Positions 27,618 to 40,408 of a stretch of DNA of 64,000 bases are shown in pieces. The notes below the pieces were generated by a model that had not been told where the DNA came from, searched no databases, and saw nothing but the letters and a program-made list of their open reading frames with translations. The stretch comes from Chrysomallon squamiferum (lineage: Eukaryota > Animalia > Mollusca). The stretch covers positions 6,572,001-6,636,000 of the forward strand of contig CM022665.1 in assembly GCA_012295275.1 (NCBI GenBank), in the 5' to 3' direction. Position numbers and translations under genes: made by a program. Every line of letters begins with the position of its first letter. Within the stretch, counting starts at the first letter, position 1.

Positions 27618-30600
27618 ATGGATAAGAATGCTACAGAAATTGTCCTAGAAAGCAGCATTCTAGAATTGCTGTCAGTCACAGATGCAGCTGTAAAGGCTTT
27701 AGACAAGTCTTCACGGTCACACAGCTCAGAAAGCAGCAGTTCTTCTACATTGTCAAAGGGAAAAGATTCGCCAAAATCTCTGCTTAAAAGTAAAGATTTG
27801 TCAGAGCATCTGAATACTGACAGTGGCATAGGTAGAACAGTTTCTAAAGAAGAGAATAAAATATCAAACTGTGCTTACACTGATGCATATAATAATGAAT
27901 CAGACCAAAGTACTACAGCTAGTGATGTTTTAATAAGATCCACAATTGTAGAACCCAGTGAGAAAAGTAATGAAGGTCAGAAAATTTTAGACTCCAGTCA
28001 GATATCTCAGTCAAGGAATCTTGAAAATTTTAACATTACTGGTGCTCATAAAGTTAAAATATCAAAGAAACATTTACATGAAATTTTGTCACCACCAACA
28101 GCTGATCATTCAGACTTGATGAAAAAGGGTGACAGTTTTGTATATTTAAATAAAAGTAATTCAGCAAAACCAAATTACTTTGAAAGAAAATCTTCAGTGA
28201 TTTTAACAGAAAAAGGTCTCCTGGATTTGACACAACCATCTACAATTCCATCTCATGCTAAGAAAGAAAGTAAACTTCATTTGAAACAAACCAAAGAAAC
28301 AAGTTCTACTTTTGAATCTCAAGCAGAGAAAAATGAAGATATTCAATCAAAAAAGGTTTCTAAGTTAGTATCACATAATTATAAGGTCAGCAATGGTTCA
28401 TCAACGGTTTCATCAAATTCAAAATCTCAGTCAGAAAGTGATAAAATTAATATAGCCTCAAAATTAGATAGTTACTTGAAGCCTGAGAAGGATAAACCTG
28501 TATCAACAGCTAATAGAAAGGAATCTTCATACAGTTTTCCATTTGGTGGATCAAGACCTAACAGTGGAAAGTCCAGTAATAAGGCTGTAGTGTCAAAATC
28601 ACAAGCTGAAAGAAAACCTTTGTTAAATCAACAAAGTTTATCAAAATGTGATTCAAAGCCATCAGTATATGAAAATGAGTGTAAAACAGAAACAAGACCA
28701 ATATCTGTGAATCAGAATGAAATTTCTTCATTCCCTGTAGAAGATCCGAACAGAGCTCAGACTACAGAAGAATCTAGTGAGATGAACCTAGAAAAAGCTG
28801 TAGCTGATCCTGTGCTAAAAGAACAAACTGAAAAGCAAATTCAGGCAACCAGAGCATCACAGTCTGTTGACGTTTCAAGAACATCAGAACACTCAGAATT
28901 TGAAGGTAAATGCAGATATATATGGTTAAGTTTATTATGATAATCCGTTTGATTAAAATCTTGTCTTGTTCTCCATATATATATCATTATTCATTTGTAA
29001 AGCAATTTTATTAAGTACACAGATTTTTTTTCACAGTTGATTTTCAGGTGTTTAATGCTGATAATCCATTTCCAAGCAGTTTACTAAAGGTATCATTAAT
29101 TGCAGGTAATGTTAGCAGCATCAGCAGCTCTCAGCCAGAAATAATCACTGTTCTTGAACAGATTGTCACTGTGTCAGCCAGACAGTCATTGCCATCTGAA
29201 GATGAATCACAGAGTAATGATATACAAGCTCAGCCCCAAAAGCTACCTCGTTTTATGCCTGTGAATAGAGTAAGTGATACTTTAAAGTGCAGCAGAACAT
29301 TACATGTATAGCTAAATACATGGTAGGTAATGAAATTAACACATCATTAAGTTCACAAATTTAGATTATATTTTTTAACAAAAAGTGTTAATCATTTAAT
29401 TTATCTGTAGTCTGTATGTGATTGAGAAATAAGATTTTTAATAGAATATCAATCCATGTGCATAGCCTGTGTTTTGATTATAATTATTAAGTATTATTTT
29501 AGTTACGTGAGTACATTCATTTGGTCAGAAATGAAATATGTTTAACTTTATTGTTTAACATTTGCTAAAATCATTTATTTTTAATATTATTTTCAGCAAA
29601 CAAACAGCTTAAGACAAGGAGCTTTGGCATGTGGAGTATCTACATATGATAAATTTTCATCAAAAGAACAAATCCATATCTCAAAGTTTTCAGCAGAAAA
29701 CAAACAGAAAACAGCAAAAGAAGCTTTGGCAAAAAGGTGTATATTGTGATTTGAACAGTAGTTAAAATATGTAGTATTTTGATAAAAGTTACCAATGCAT
29801 ACATCTAGTAGATCTTAATTGTGATTTACATTCACTTACATTTTAAGCATGTTTTTATTTGCACTAATAACAGGGAATGGCTGTTGGATGTTTTAAATAA
29901 AATAACTATTTTGCAAGCAATTTGTTTAATGTTGGGTTGTGAACTTCTTTTTTATAAGATCCACTGCGAACGGTCCAGTTAAGAGATTTGTCCAGCCAAA
30001 GATTATTAAACATACTAATGAAAATAAATCAAGGGGAGACTGTGAACAATCGACAGCAAAATGTTCTGAGAGTGTTACTGCTGCTGTTGCTGCCACTGCT
30101 GCAGTTGCAGCCACGCAACCATTCATTAAGGTATTGTATTCATTCATTTTTGATTGAATTTAAATAGATTGTTTAAATACTGCTATTGGATCAGTATATA
30201 CAGTGTTGAGAATAGAAAAATAACTTTGTTTTTGGATTTTTTAGAATTCATTTTAAATACTTTGATATGGTTACTGTTTCTGATCCATGTCTTTAAAATT
30301 TCCATCAGTTAGCATTGTTTGTGAATTAAAGTCTTTAGCTTTGGTTACCTTTCAGGCTCAGTGTGAGTTGGAATCTCGTATGAGCAAGCTGCTTGACCAC
30401 ATCAGTGGCCTTCAGCAAGGATTTCTAACTAAGCAACCAACCAGTGCTGAGAAATCAGATAGAGTATTGGAGTTGGAACGTCAGGTCTCAGATCTAACGG
30501 AGAAAAGAATTGATTATCTAGAAAAACTGCAGCAGAAACAGCTGGAGATTCAGGTTGTGGCTTAGACAAGATTTTGAAAAGTTTTTATCATAAGTTCAGT

Positions 30601-31375
30601 ATCCAGATTTGCAAATGAAAACTGTTTGAAACATAACATAATTTCATTTGTTTTGAGTATGTTTATTTATTGATTGAAAATATTTAAGACCTTTTTTTTC
30701 CATTCTAGTACTCATTATTATTTACATTTTCATATTCATTTTTGTAAACCATTTCTCATTATTGTAGTCCCATATTCTTATGATGTCATCCAAAACAACA
30801 ACACCACAAGTTTCTAAAGGACATTCAGCAAGTCCACCTTCCAAGAATTCTGGCAGTACTCCCCAAAAAGCAATCAGCATAACTAGAATGCAGCAGCCAT
30901 CACCTTTCATTGGTAAAGATGTCAGTTACCACAGTCAGTTATCAAAATATCAGTCAGAAGCAGATGAGCTGAGAGCTCATGATACCCCAGCACCAAGATC
31001 TCGACCACCAAAACCTGCAATTTATGAGTCACAGCCTCAAAAAAGTAAATACCATCACTTTGATTGGTTTTACAAGTATTTTGTTTTGTATATATTTATT
31101 TATTTAATACATTTATAGTTTGTTTAACTTTCCACTTCCACACCTTTTAGAAATGAAAAGATCATAACTTTGAAGTACTAAAATATTTTAGACTATGTTT
31201 TTTTTTATACAAAGGCAAGTTTGAAAAATGATATATCTGAAATACATTTCTCTTTAGATCGAGGGCTTTTAGAAGAGATTTTAGCTATTCAGGACTCTCC
31301 TGTTAACCAGTACAAGCCATCATCTGTAGCACCTCATTCACCACCAGTTAGACTGAGAGAAGATTCATATATAAG
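27618..31375 (+). CDS. KIAA0586: TALPID3/KIAA0586 centriolar ciliogenesis protein, 5' block of 7 coding exons
   Basis: Exons 27618-28905 (acceptor before 27596), 29037-29269, 29597-29736, 29959-30130, 30356-30553, 30768-31044, 31258-31375, phases consistent. VTAAVAATAAVAATQPFIK|AQCELESRM matches recalled TALPID3 [26 protein letters not shown], followed by a coiled coil, TPAPR and RGLLEEIL. A 14-nt upstream coding exon (27056-27069, MAAG-I) would also be in frame but has a weak donor. Confidence 0.85.
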
Positions 31376-33599
31376 GTTAGTCAATAAATAAGTTAAACCA
31401 GCATATCACTTTCTTACCATTCTCATATTTCTATCTTATAATTCTTGAGCTTGGAAGTTCAGTCATTAAAATGTGTTTAAGCAAATGAGGTATTCCATTA
31501 TATTCTTTGGTTAGGATTTCCTTTTTTATTTAAATGAGTGTACAGTGTTTTAATTTTGATGTAACTTACGATGATTTTGAAGATGTTTAACAGTAGTAAT
31601 TACCATACAAGATGATAGCAAACATGCAGTTCTTCAACATCAACACAAAAGCCTGTTATGTCATTGAAGATACAATAAATATATTCAGACTGAGTTAATA
31701 AATAAAATACCAGACTTTCTGCTATGAATTAATATGTTTATTTCCCTTATGAAATAAATGTTTAACATTCAGTGGTCATGGTTACACTTTCATTTGGTTT
31801 TTCATTTTAAATAATGTATTAAACAAAAATCAAAATATATAAAAAGATTATTCAAATAAAACAACATTGAATACGAGATGAATGATTTACCATGTTGTGC
31901 TGATAATCTAATTAACCAGAAATAATTGTTAATAAATTCTATAATATTAAACAAATATAAACAGTGACTAAGAAAGAAAAGAAAAAAAGAAAAACTTTGA
32001 TCATAATCAGTATCAGCATGAATTCATAGAGATTTGTTCCATTAATTACCAAAATCTCAAAAAAAAGTTGAATTAATGAAATGCCTTTCACACGATACAG
32101 AAATTCATTGCAGATATACCATATAGCTATAAATTTGTATATTTTTTAAAATTCTATTTCTGTATACAAAATATGTTATAATACAAGAAGAAGAGATACA
32201 TAGGAGTACAGTTACACCAATGTGCATAGACATAGAAATAGCCAGTTTGTATGTTTTCCACCATACATGATTTCAGCTGGCCAATTTACATTCCAAATTA
32301 TATATTAGTGTAAATGTTGCATATATTCAACATAAAATTTTAATAATTTTTGGTACATTCTTACAAGTTCCTGAATCAAGAGCAGTTGAAATTGAATAAG
32401 TGATTCTTAAGATGTATACATCTTTAAAAAAGTACGTTACATATTAAGGTTCTTTAGTGGACTTTATTTCAGATAACTTAGTATTGTTATGACTAATGGA
32501 AATTTACAACACAGATCAAATTGCAAAATTACTCATCCAGTACTCCTGACTGCATTTGACACAATAGCCAAGTTGGAGATTTGTGCATGACTAAAAATAT
32601 AAAACTGTATGACATTTTAAGAGTTTGCAATACATAACATAGTTGTCATTTGGAACAATGTGCTTATAGTGGTGTGTAGTTGAATAAATGAACAGGTTGA
32701 TCCATGTTATATTGTCTGCTGCTCAGAGGGTTAACTCATGCAATATTACTGTCTTAGGCTGACTGATTTTAAAGGAAGAGACTTGACAGTATTAGAAGAT
32801 TCAGATGAATTAAAACACCTTGTAATGCAATGTTGCATGGTCTTTAAAATAAAAATGTAGTTTTTAAACTTACATAAATCACTTGCCTTGAAGTTTACCC
32901 CTTCATTAATCAAACTGTTTTCTTAATGATTTGTTGAATGAATTCTGGGAAGTTTGTTATATTAACACATTTTAAGTATTAGTCACATTTGTTGTGTATG
33001 ATAATGTGAGAGAAATCAACTAGCAGCAAGTAATATTTTATATATACTTTCCCATAGACTGTAAATTACATATGACAGCTTTGAGTTGAACCATTCATAG
33101 GCAGTGACTGGAATGGGAAGTAATCCAGTCAGTGTGGTGCGTAGAATTAAACACATGACCTATCATGTGAAGGGCCAAGTTTTTAAGCACAGAGAAACCA
33201 CTCCTTACCAGCAAACAATCAGAAATGTGTCATCAAAAATTGGTCTTTTTCTGTTTTAAATCTATTAAATATTAGAAATATGATTTTTTTTTTTTCATTA
33301 TATGATACAGTATATCAATATATCATTTGTTTTCAGCACACTCCATAGATATTTCAAGTACCTGGTCATTAAACAATACTTTGCTACTAAACATTTATTA
33401 ATATTTGTTGATAATTTTTTAATATTCCAATTAGTAAAATTAAAAAAAAATTAAAATAAATACTAATAAATGTTCAGTAGCTTATACTACTAATTATAAT
33501 AATAATAAAATAAAATAATTAATAATAACATTTAAAATCCCATTTAAAAAGAAGGGGGAAAAAAGACAACTAAATGAACAGATATTGAATCTAATCTGA

Positions 33600-34928
33600 C
33601 TTCCGAGCAATTCAGAGAAAATTAATCAGGAAACACTATTACAGTTCAATCGTTGGCGTCCTAATTGTAGATGATTTACATATAGATCAGACAGGAGCAA
33701 TTTATGAAAACGCAAGTGTCCCTTATCAGACCTGAAATGCACGAACAATGGTGTATATTTCATTTATAGTTCGGGCTTCATGAATGCTTCACACGCAACA
33801 AATACGTCAATGCCATTTGCCGAGATGGGTTTAGTCACGCAACGTTCGTGTGGGACCCGCATCCATTTCAAACATGCTTCGATTTTTCATACACATAAAC
33901 ATAAAAACAATGTTCTAGTAAAACAGTAATTACATACTGCGCGTTTGTTGAAGTTAGAAGTGTATACAAAGCATGCCATAGCGCGAGATGATTCATGTTT
34001 AATATTAAAAGAATAAAAAATAAGTTTCAGACGTTATCATTCATTATGAGACGTTTGTTTTCCAACCCTAACTAGATTAAATAAATAAATAATCTTATTT
34101 CGTTAAAATGCGGAAATGACAAAAAAAAAAAAAAAAAAAATACGTTAATACTAAAATTAATGATTTTGAAATTCGGTTTTGATAATAGCTTTTGTGTATA
34201 ACGTAGATAGAATCCTTTTGTTAAAATTTGTATCTGTTAACGTTAATCTACCGTGAAACTAATCGAAAAATTGATTTAAAACTTCTCGATATAATAGAAA
34301 CGACACTAAAACAAAATTAAAACGTTTAAAGCACATTTTTAGCCAATCTTGTACGCGCATATGTAAATAATTGTCTCCTGCAGATTTTATTATTATTAAA
34401 ACAGAAAAAAATTAAAAGAAAATTACGAAAAGTAAATCAGTTATATCCGCCTATTCAGATATTCACCAGAAAACAAACACGTGCCGCCAGTAGATTTTTC
34501 ATGCTCAAGTTGCAGAGACTGGGACTAGCCTTTGATTGAAAATGTTGGCACAGCACGAACATGACGTGGCCCAGGGCGACTGGTGCGTGATTTCTTCTTA
34601 TTACAAAGCCCTTCGTTTGTGTCGCCAAATTACATTATAAAGTCGCACGAAACCTTGGTATATCAAAAAATCCTTCTCATATGACAACTCGGTAAATGAA
34701 AATAAAGGATGACAAAAAAGTAATCTCGTTGAGATTGTTAAAATGTGGCTTCGCACTGCTGGAGATATTATGCAATGAAATGTTAACATTGCATGTTATT
34801 CAAGATTATTAATTTGAATGGACTGGAAATGCAGAACATTACACGAACAAGCAGGATTCGCCTGACCTACCTTATTCTAAATAATAGTATTAACAAACTG
34901 AACGTTGCTCGATCACTTTAATTCTTTT

Positions 34929-34963
<35 letters not shown>

Positions 34964-36212
34964 TTACTCTTTTTTTCTTCTTTTTTTTTAATTACCCTCT
35001 CCCATTTCAAAGCTGTGCTGTAGAAATAGTGAAAAGAAAGGATTATTATTACTAACAGCTGAATGCATGGTTATCATTTTTATTTTATTTATTAAAAAAA
35101 AAAAAAAAAAAAAACAGTAAGAAAGAAGGAAAAGAAAAGAAATAAAATACATGGTCTCTGGTCTAAATAATCCCAAAACATATATACACGTATGAATGTT
35201 GATGTACTCGTCAGGCTGTGTGTTTAAAAGTGATGAGAACTGAGAAACAACTAATCGATTTTCTTTCAGAAAACGAAGACAAATAAATGTTCGTGCTCTG
35301 TTCCATACAATATTTTATTTCTGAGTCCTTAGGTAGTTTTATTGATGTCCTTCGTTCGTGCCATTCAGACCCCGGCGCCCGGTTAATTTCTCGCCAATCG
35401 GACGGTAAGTCACGAACACAACTTGGCGCAAAAACATGCAAATTACCGCAATTTAATGAGATGCGAACGGATAGCACACTGGCGGCACGCAAAGCTGTCA
35501 GAAGGCAGGCTCGTCGTCTTCTAGACGTCATTCTTTATAAATAAAAACGTCTGTTTATCAGGGCTGTTTAACCCAGGTACCTGCGTATTTTTAAGTTCGT
35601 CTCGGAGAAAATTCCAGCCTTGCAGGTAACGATCAACATTCACAATACACAAAACAGACTAGTTTAATAGCACCCTGGTCCACAACCATCAGCGTCGTCT
35701 GATCGTGACGAGGGAAAAAAAAATTGAAACAAAAGTATTCGCATAAAATGCAGTGTTCAGCATACACACACACACCCTTTCACCCCCATTTCCATAGTGA
35801 TTATCATCATTACCATCACTGTTACTAATTATTTCAGTAAAATAGTTTTTACTGAAATTCTAAATTCTCTCCCCTTTTTTCAGTCTTTAATAACTGTGAC
35901 ACTAATTTCATACTAGTTTTATTGTTGTTGTTTTTGTGCGTTTGTTTGTTAATGTTGTGATGAAATATTTCAAATTTATTAGAAAATATTAATTTTCCAA
36001 GAAAAGTTTCCTGTGGAACCAGATGTGAAACAAGCATAAAAGTATATATATGAAAAAGATATTATATTCGTATTCAGTTAACAGGCATATACAACATATT
36101 TTAAAAATTGTAATAATAATAAATAAAAACAACATATATTTTGAAGAACATACAATCCAAAAATATTTAGGTCTGTATTTTTTATTTATTTATGTAAACA
36201 TGTTGCAATATG

Positions 36213-36253
<41 letters not shown>

Positions 36254-37011
36254 ATATCAGTTGTTAGAACAATAAAATATTTAAAGCAATTTAAACGTCC
36301 AGGTTAAACCCTATTTTATATCTGGACACAAATGACAGCAGAAAAATCATATCATATTATTATCAATAAATTAGACATTACATACGTTTTTCTATTCAAG
36401 TTTAAAGCTGTTCAAAGTTCCACTATTCTATTAAACTATACAAAGCCGTTTGATAATCTACCCACTTTTAACTACGTGACTATACATATATGTTAAGGCT
36501 TTTATAAAATGTGATTTTGATGTAAACATAATTTTTAATGTTATATATGTGATATGTTTATACATCTGTTAAATTTTAATGAATATGCAACTAATACAAT
36601 ATTGAACGTAATGCAGGTACCACCGATAGTTAATTTTAGCATAATGGCAGTTGAATTTTCTATCGCGGGGTGGGGGGTCACTTCTGAGCTGAATATCGTA
36701 GCAGTTTCCTCAGGCCTGATACTGCTATCGAATTCCTCGATAATTTACCTCTCTGTTGTATATTGCGTGATCGAGAAAAAGCACACGTGAGTTAACCGTA
36801 GCTAGAGGGATTCGTTTACAATAATGTACGCATGCGTACTGGCGAATAGGTTTGGTCAGTATGATTTCAACTGGTTGGCGGTACAGTGTCAAATGTGATC
36901 GAGCGTAGGAAAGATGTGAGTCGAGTAAGTTACGATATCTGCTGTGTTGTGATCTGTAACTGATTTTTTTTTTTTTTTTTTTTAATTAATTGATACCAAC
37001 TAACACAACAG
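33600..37011 (+). promoter_or_regulatory. Intronic CpG-rich promoter/regulatory region of the nested IRF2BP gene
   Basis: CpG reappears abruptly inside an otherwise CpG-depleted gene body. E-box CACGTG at 36784-36789 and perfect 14-bp palindrome GTACGCATGCGTAC at 36826-36839 (NRF1-like), about 180 bp upstream of the ATG. Probable short 5'UTR intron 36925-37011. Confidence 0.6.
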
Positions 37012-37013
37012 AT

Positions 37014-38816
37014 ATGTCAGTGCCGCATAGGACTCAAAGACAGCACTGTTTTTTGTGCGATTTACCCCGGACTCCGTGGGCTATGTTACATGATTTCTCA
37101 GAATCAGTGTGCAGGGGGTGTGTCAATTATGAGGGACCAGACAGAATCGAAATGATAATCGAAACAGCACGACAGATGAAGCGTATACATGGATTTCAAG
37201 AACGAGCCGCGATAAAACCGTCACATGGTCATAGTCATGGGGGTAACGCACGTTCTGGTTCGCATGATTCACAAAACATGGATCCGCCCCGAGCTCATAA
37301 CGGACCCCCATCACTGGAAAGATTTTCTCTTCATGACGGTCAGCGGGGACCAAACGTAATAGATTACCCAAGATTTCCTAATGGATTACCGTTAGGACAC
37401 AGTATGCATCGACCAGATGATTTGTTGACAGATCTACAACGTAGTAGTCATCTTCCGCGTGGTATAGCAGGTCTGCATCCCATGCCTGCACCGTTAGCAC
37501 GCCAGGCACATCTTGTGGGCACAAGCTCTACGATCCATCCACCCATTATGAATGGTAAACGCACATATCACGAGGATGACGAAAGTTCTAATCATTCTTG
37601 TGGTGATGATGCCAGGAATAAACCAAGTTCACCTGAAGATGCAAGTGGAAGACCATTTCAGGTAAAAGATACTTTAAGTATACTGGCAACTATAGTTCCC
37701 TTTGAAATACGATTTAAAAAAGATATGTCATTGTGTGGACGTGTTTTTTCATTTGATGTCAGTACCAAACATCCTTCAGATTATGAATTAAAAATTTATA
37801 TTGAATACCCAAGAGGATCAGGAACAATCTATAATGGTGCTTCTGGTGTAGTAAAACAGATGTATTATGACTGTGTCAAAGATTGTGGTAAGGGACTATC
37901 ATCAGGATTTAAGTATCTGGAATATGAAATGAAGCACAGTGGTGGTGACTGGAGACTGTTAGGTGATATGCTCACAGAATCTGTCAGATTGTTTAAAGAA
38001 CCTGTAAATCGTGAACTGCTTCCCACTCCATATGTTGACAGTGGTTTGCCAACACTTCCAGGACCAAGCATACTTGCTAGAGGACCAACACCAAAGGGTT
38101 CAAATATGATTCTTTATTATGATGGACGAAAGAGAAAAAGTTCACCAGATGCTGATGTTGAAACTAGTGGGAAGATGACTGAAGAACAACAGAAGAGACA
38201 GCGATGGATACAGAATCACTCAGAAGCTCTGCAACTAACTGTGTCAACTGCATCAAGTGGTTCAGGTATGCCAAGTTCTACTTCAATGTCTCCACTGAGT
38301 AATAATGCATCAACACCACCTGAAATAGCACCAGGTCATGGTGGACCATCTCCACTGGTAGCAGGAAGGAATGTCACAGATAATCAGTGCTCACCAACAA
38401 ATGTAGAAGAAGGAAGCATTAAAAATGTTAGTGGAAGACATGACAGTGCTTCACCCAGCCATCTTCTACTGTTTCAAGGACGTTTTGCTTCCACACTTGG
38501 TCCTGTTTCTGATGCTGGTGTTGGAAGTACTATGCCTGAATCCACAGAAACTTTGCGATGTACTCTTTGTCATGAAAGACTAGAAGATACCCATTTTGTT
38601 CAGTGTCCATCTGTAAACAGCCATAAATTCTGTTTTCCTTGTTCCAAAGACAGCATTAAACGACAAGGTTCTGGTTCAGAAGTGTACTGTCCCAGTGGGA
38701 AGAAGTGTCCTCTGGCAGGATCTAATGTTCCTTGGGCATTTATGCAGGGTGAAATTGCTACAATTTTGGGAGATGACTTCAAAGAAAAAAAAATTAAAAA
38801 GGAAAGAGATGCTTAA
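37014..38816 (+). CDS. IRF2BPL: Interferon regulatory factor 2-binding protein family member (IRF2BP1/2/L; Drosophila Pits), 600 aa, uninterrupted CDS
   Basis: First ATG at 37014. N-terminal C4 zinc finger RQHCFLCDLPRTPWAMLHDFSESVCRGCVNYEG, central conserved domain (PFEIRFKKD...GFKYLEYEMKHSGGDWRLLG), RKRK NLS, C-terminal C3HC4 RING CTLCHERLEDTHFVQCPSVNSHKFCFPCS...VYCPSGKKCPL...PWAFMQGEIATIL, and terminal KIKKERD. Probably the single pro-ortholog of the three vertebrate genes. Confidence 0.97.
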   Translation: MSVPHRTQRQHCFLCDLPRTPWAMLHDFSESVCRGCVNYEGPDRIEMIIETARQMKRIHGFQERAAIKPSHGHSHGGNARSGSHDSQNMDPPRAHNGPPSLERFSLHDGQRGPNVIDYPRFPNGLPLGHSMHRPDDLLTDLQRSSHLPRGIAGLHPMPAPLARQAHLVGTSSTIHPPIMNGKRTYHEDDESSNHSCGDDARNKPSSPEDASGRPFQVKDTLSILATIVPFEIRFKKDMSLCGRVFSFDVSTKHPSDYELKIYIEYPRGSGTIYNGASGVVKQMYYDCVKDCGKGLSSGFKYLEYEMKHSGGDWRLLGDMLTESVRLFKEPVNRELLPTPYVDSGLPTLPGPSILARGPTPKGSNMILYYDGRKRKSSPDADVETSGKMTEEQQKRQRWIQNHSEALQLTVSTASSGSGMPSSTSMSPLSNNASTPPEIAPGHGGPSPLVAGRNVTDNQCSPTNVEEGSIKNVSGRHDSASPSHLLLFQGRFASTLGPVSDAGVGSTMPESTETLRCTLCHERLEDTHFVQCPSVNSHKFCFPCSKDSIKRQGSGSEVYCPSGKKCPLAGSNVPWAFMQGEIATILGDDFKEKKIKKERDA

Positions 38817-40358
38817 CTTAAAAAAAAAAATATATATATATATATAGAAGATGGACATATCTTGAAATAAGTTTTTGACTTTGTTGACATATTTGGCATT
38901 TTTATTTTTTTCCATTGACTTGGAAAAATTTTATTTGTATAAATCATCTTTCATTGTGAAAGTTTTTTAATTTTTGTTGAGTCAGTTATCGGATGTGAGA
39001 CATATTTCATGTACAACTGTAATGCCCTGAGTGAACCTTAGTATCTAGAAAAAAACAACAACTTTATTTTTGTCACTCTGTTATTTTGTGAATGACATGT
39101 CAAGCAGGAAAAGCACTGCTTGAACTAGGCACATGAAAATCCTTTGAAAGTGAAAATCAACAGACAACACGTTCTGTACATGTCCACAGTCAGTGGTTTG
39201 AGAGATTTTGTTGTTACATTGTTTGTTTGACCTCTGACAGGGAAAGGTAAATAATGTAAATTATTTAAACCAGCACTGGACTAAATGTCAGCTTTAAAAA
39301 AAAAAAAATTGTTTTATTTTATGATCATTCATTATTTAATTACATTGAATAATCCAGATGGCATACTTATAAAATAAATGACAACCATCTGAATTGTGCT
39401 CAGCATTGTGACTCACAACATGTATCAAAACATAAGCATTTCAACATTAAATGAGTTAAACATTATCTGGTAGTTTAATAAAGAATTGTGAGTTAAGGAA
39501 AGGGCATTCTGAGTTTATTAAGGACAATTGTTTTTTTGTTTTGTTTTTTTCAAGTTGATAATGGTACAAAAAACATCTCACCTTTCAAATTTCTAGTATA
39601 GCTTTTATCATAAATGCTACAATTTTTCCATCAGCACAGAGTAATGGAAGAAAACTTGGGGTTCGTAAAAGTGAAATGTGAAATCTCATTTGAAAATTCT
39701 GATTTGCTTTATGGTAGTAAAAGAACCATTATAAAAGTATAATATGTACCTGAAAAGAGAGGATTCTCCAATACAAATGCCAGTGTGTGCAGTTTAAAAA
39801 TATAACAATGTTTATATCCTGTACAAATGTCATGTTTCTTTATAATATTTAAACAAAATTAACTTTTATTTTTTGTTTTTACTTTGTGGAATTTAAGACT
39901 TGGCAATATAAAATGTAGGTAATCAAGTCTGTAGTGTATTATTCTCCATTACTCTACACTGAAATTTGTTGTGTAACATTTTATGGTAAGGGAGCTTATC
40001 TATTTGAAAAACAGTTATGAAAAAGAAGTCTACCAGTTAATTGTTAATAGTGATTTTTATTTTTGTTTATTCATTAAAACATACACTTCATTGTAGATAC
40101 CCTTGTAATTTGTCAGTCTGATTCCCTTTATGATGACAGAGATTAAGATGTAGTTGCTAAGTATTCAACTTGTGAATTGAAAGCATGAAAGTGTTATTTG
40201 AAGATTTTTTTTTTATATTAAAAAAAAAAATTCAAATTCACTGTTCTACAAATTTTTTAAAAATAATAAATTAAAAACTTATTGTGATTGGTCTTGTACT
40301 TGGTGAATTTACTAAAGAGAGTAGTATATTTCAACTGTTACATTTTAATTATCAATAG

Positions 40359-40408
<50 letters not shown>

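Noticed and set aside
35211-35544. Overlapping 106-aa and 85-aa ORFs upstream of IRF2BP
   Set aside because: Expected by chance in a GC-richer promoter island; no homology or splice support.
36990-37013. ORF-track start of IRF2BP at a TTG codon
   Set aside because: This is a eukaryotic gene; the first ATG at 37014 matches the family's short N-terminus before the zinc finger.
39351-39394. Small hairpin (cagatgg...ccatctg) in the IRF2BP 3'UTR
   Set aside because: The stem is only about 7-11 bp with a large AT-rich loop; too short for a pre-miRNA and plausible by chance.
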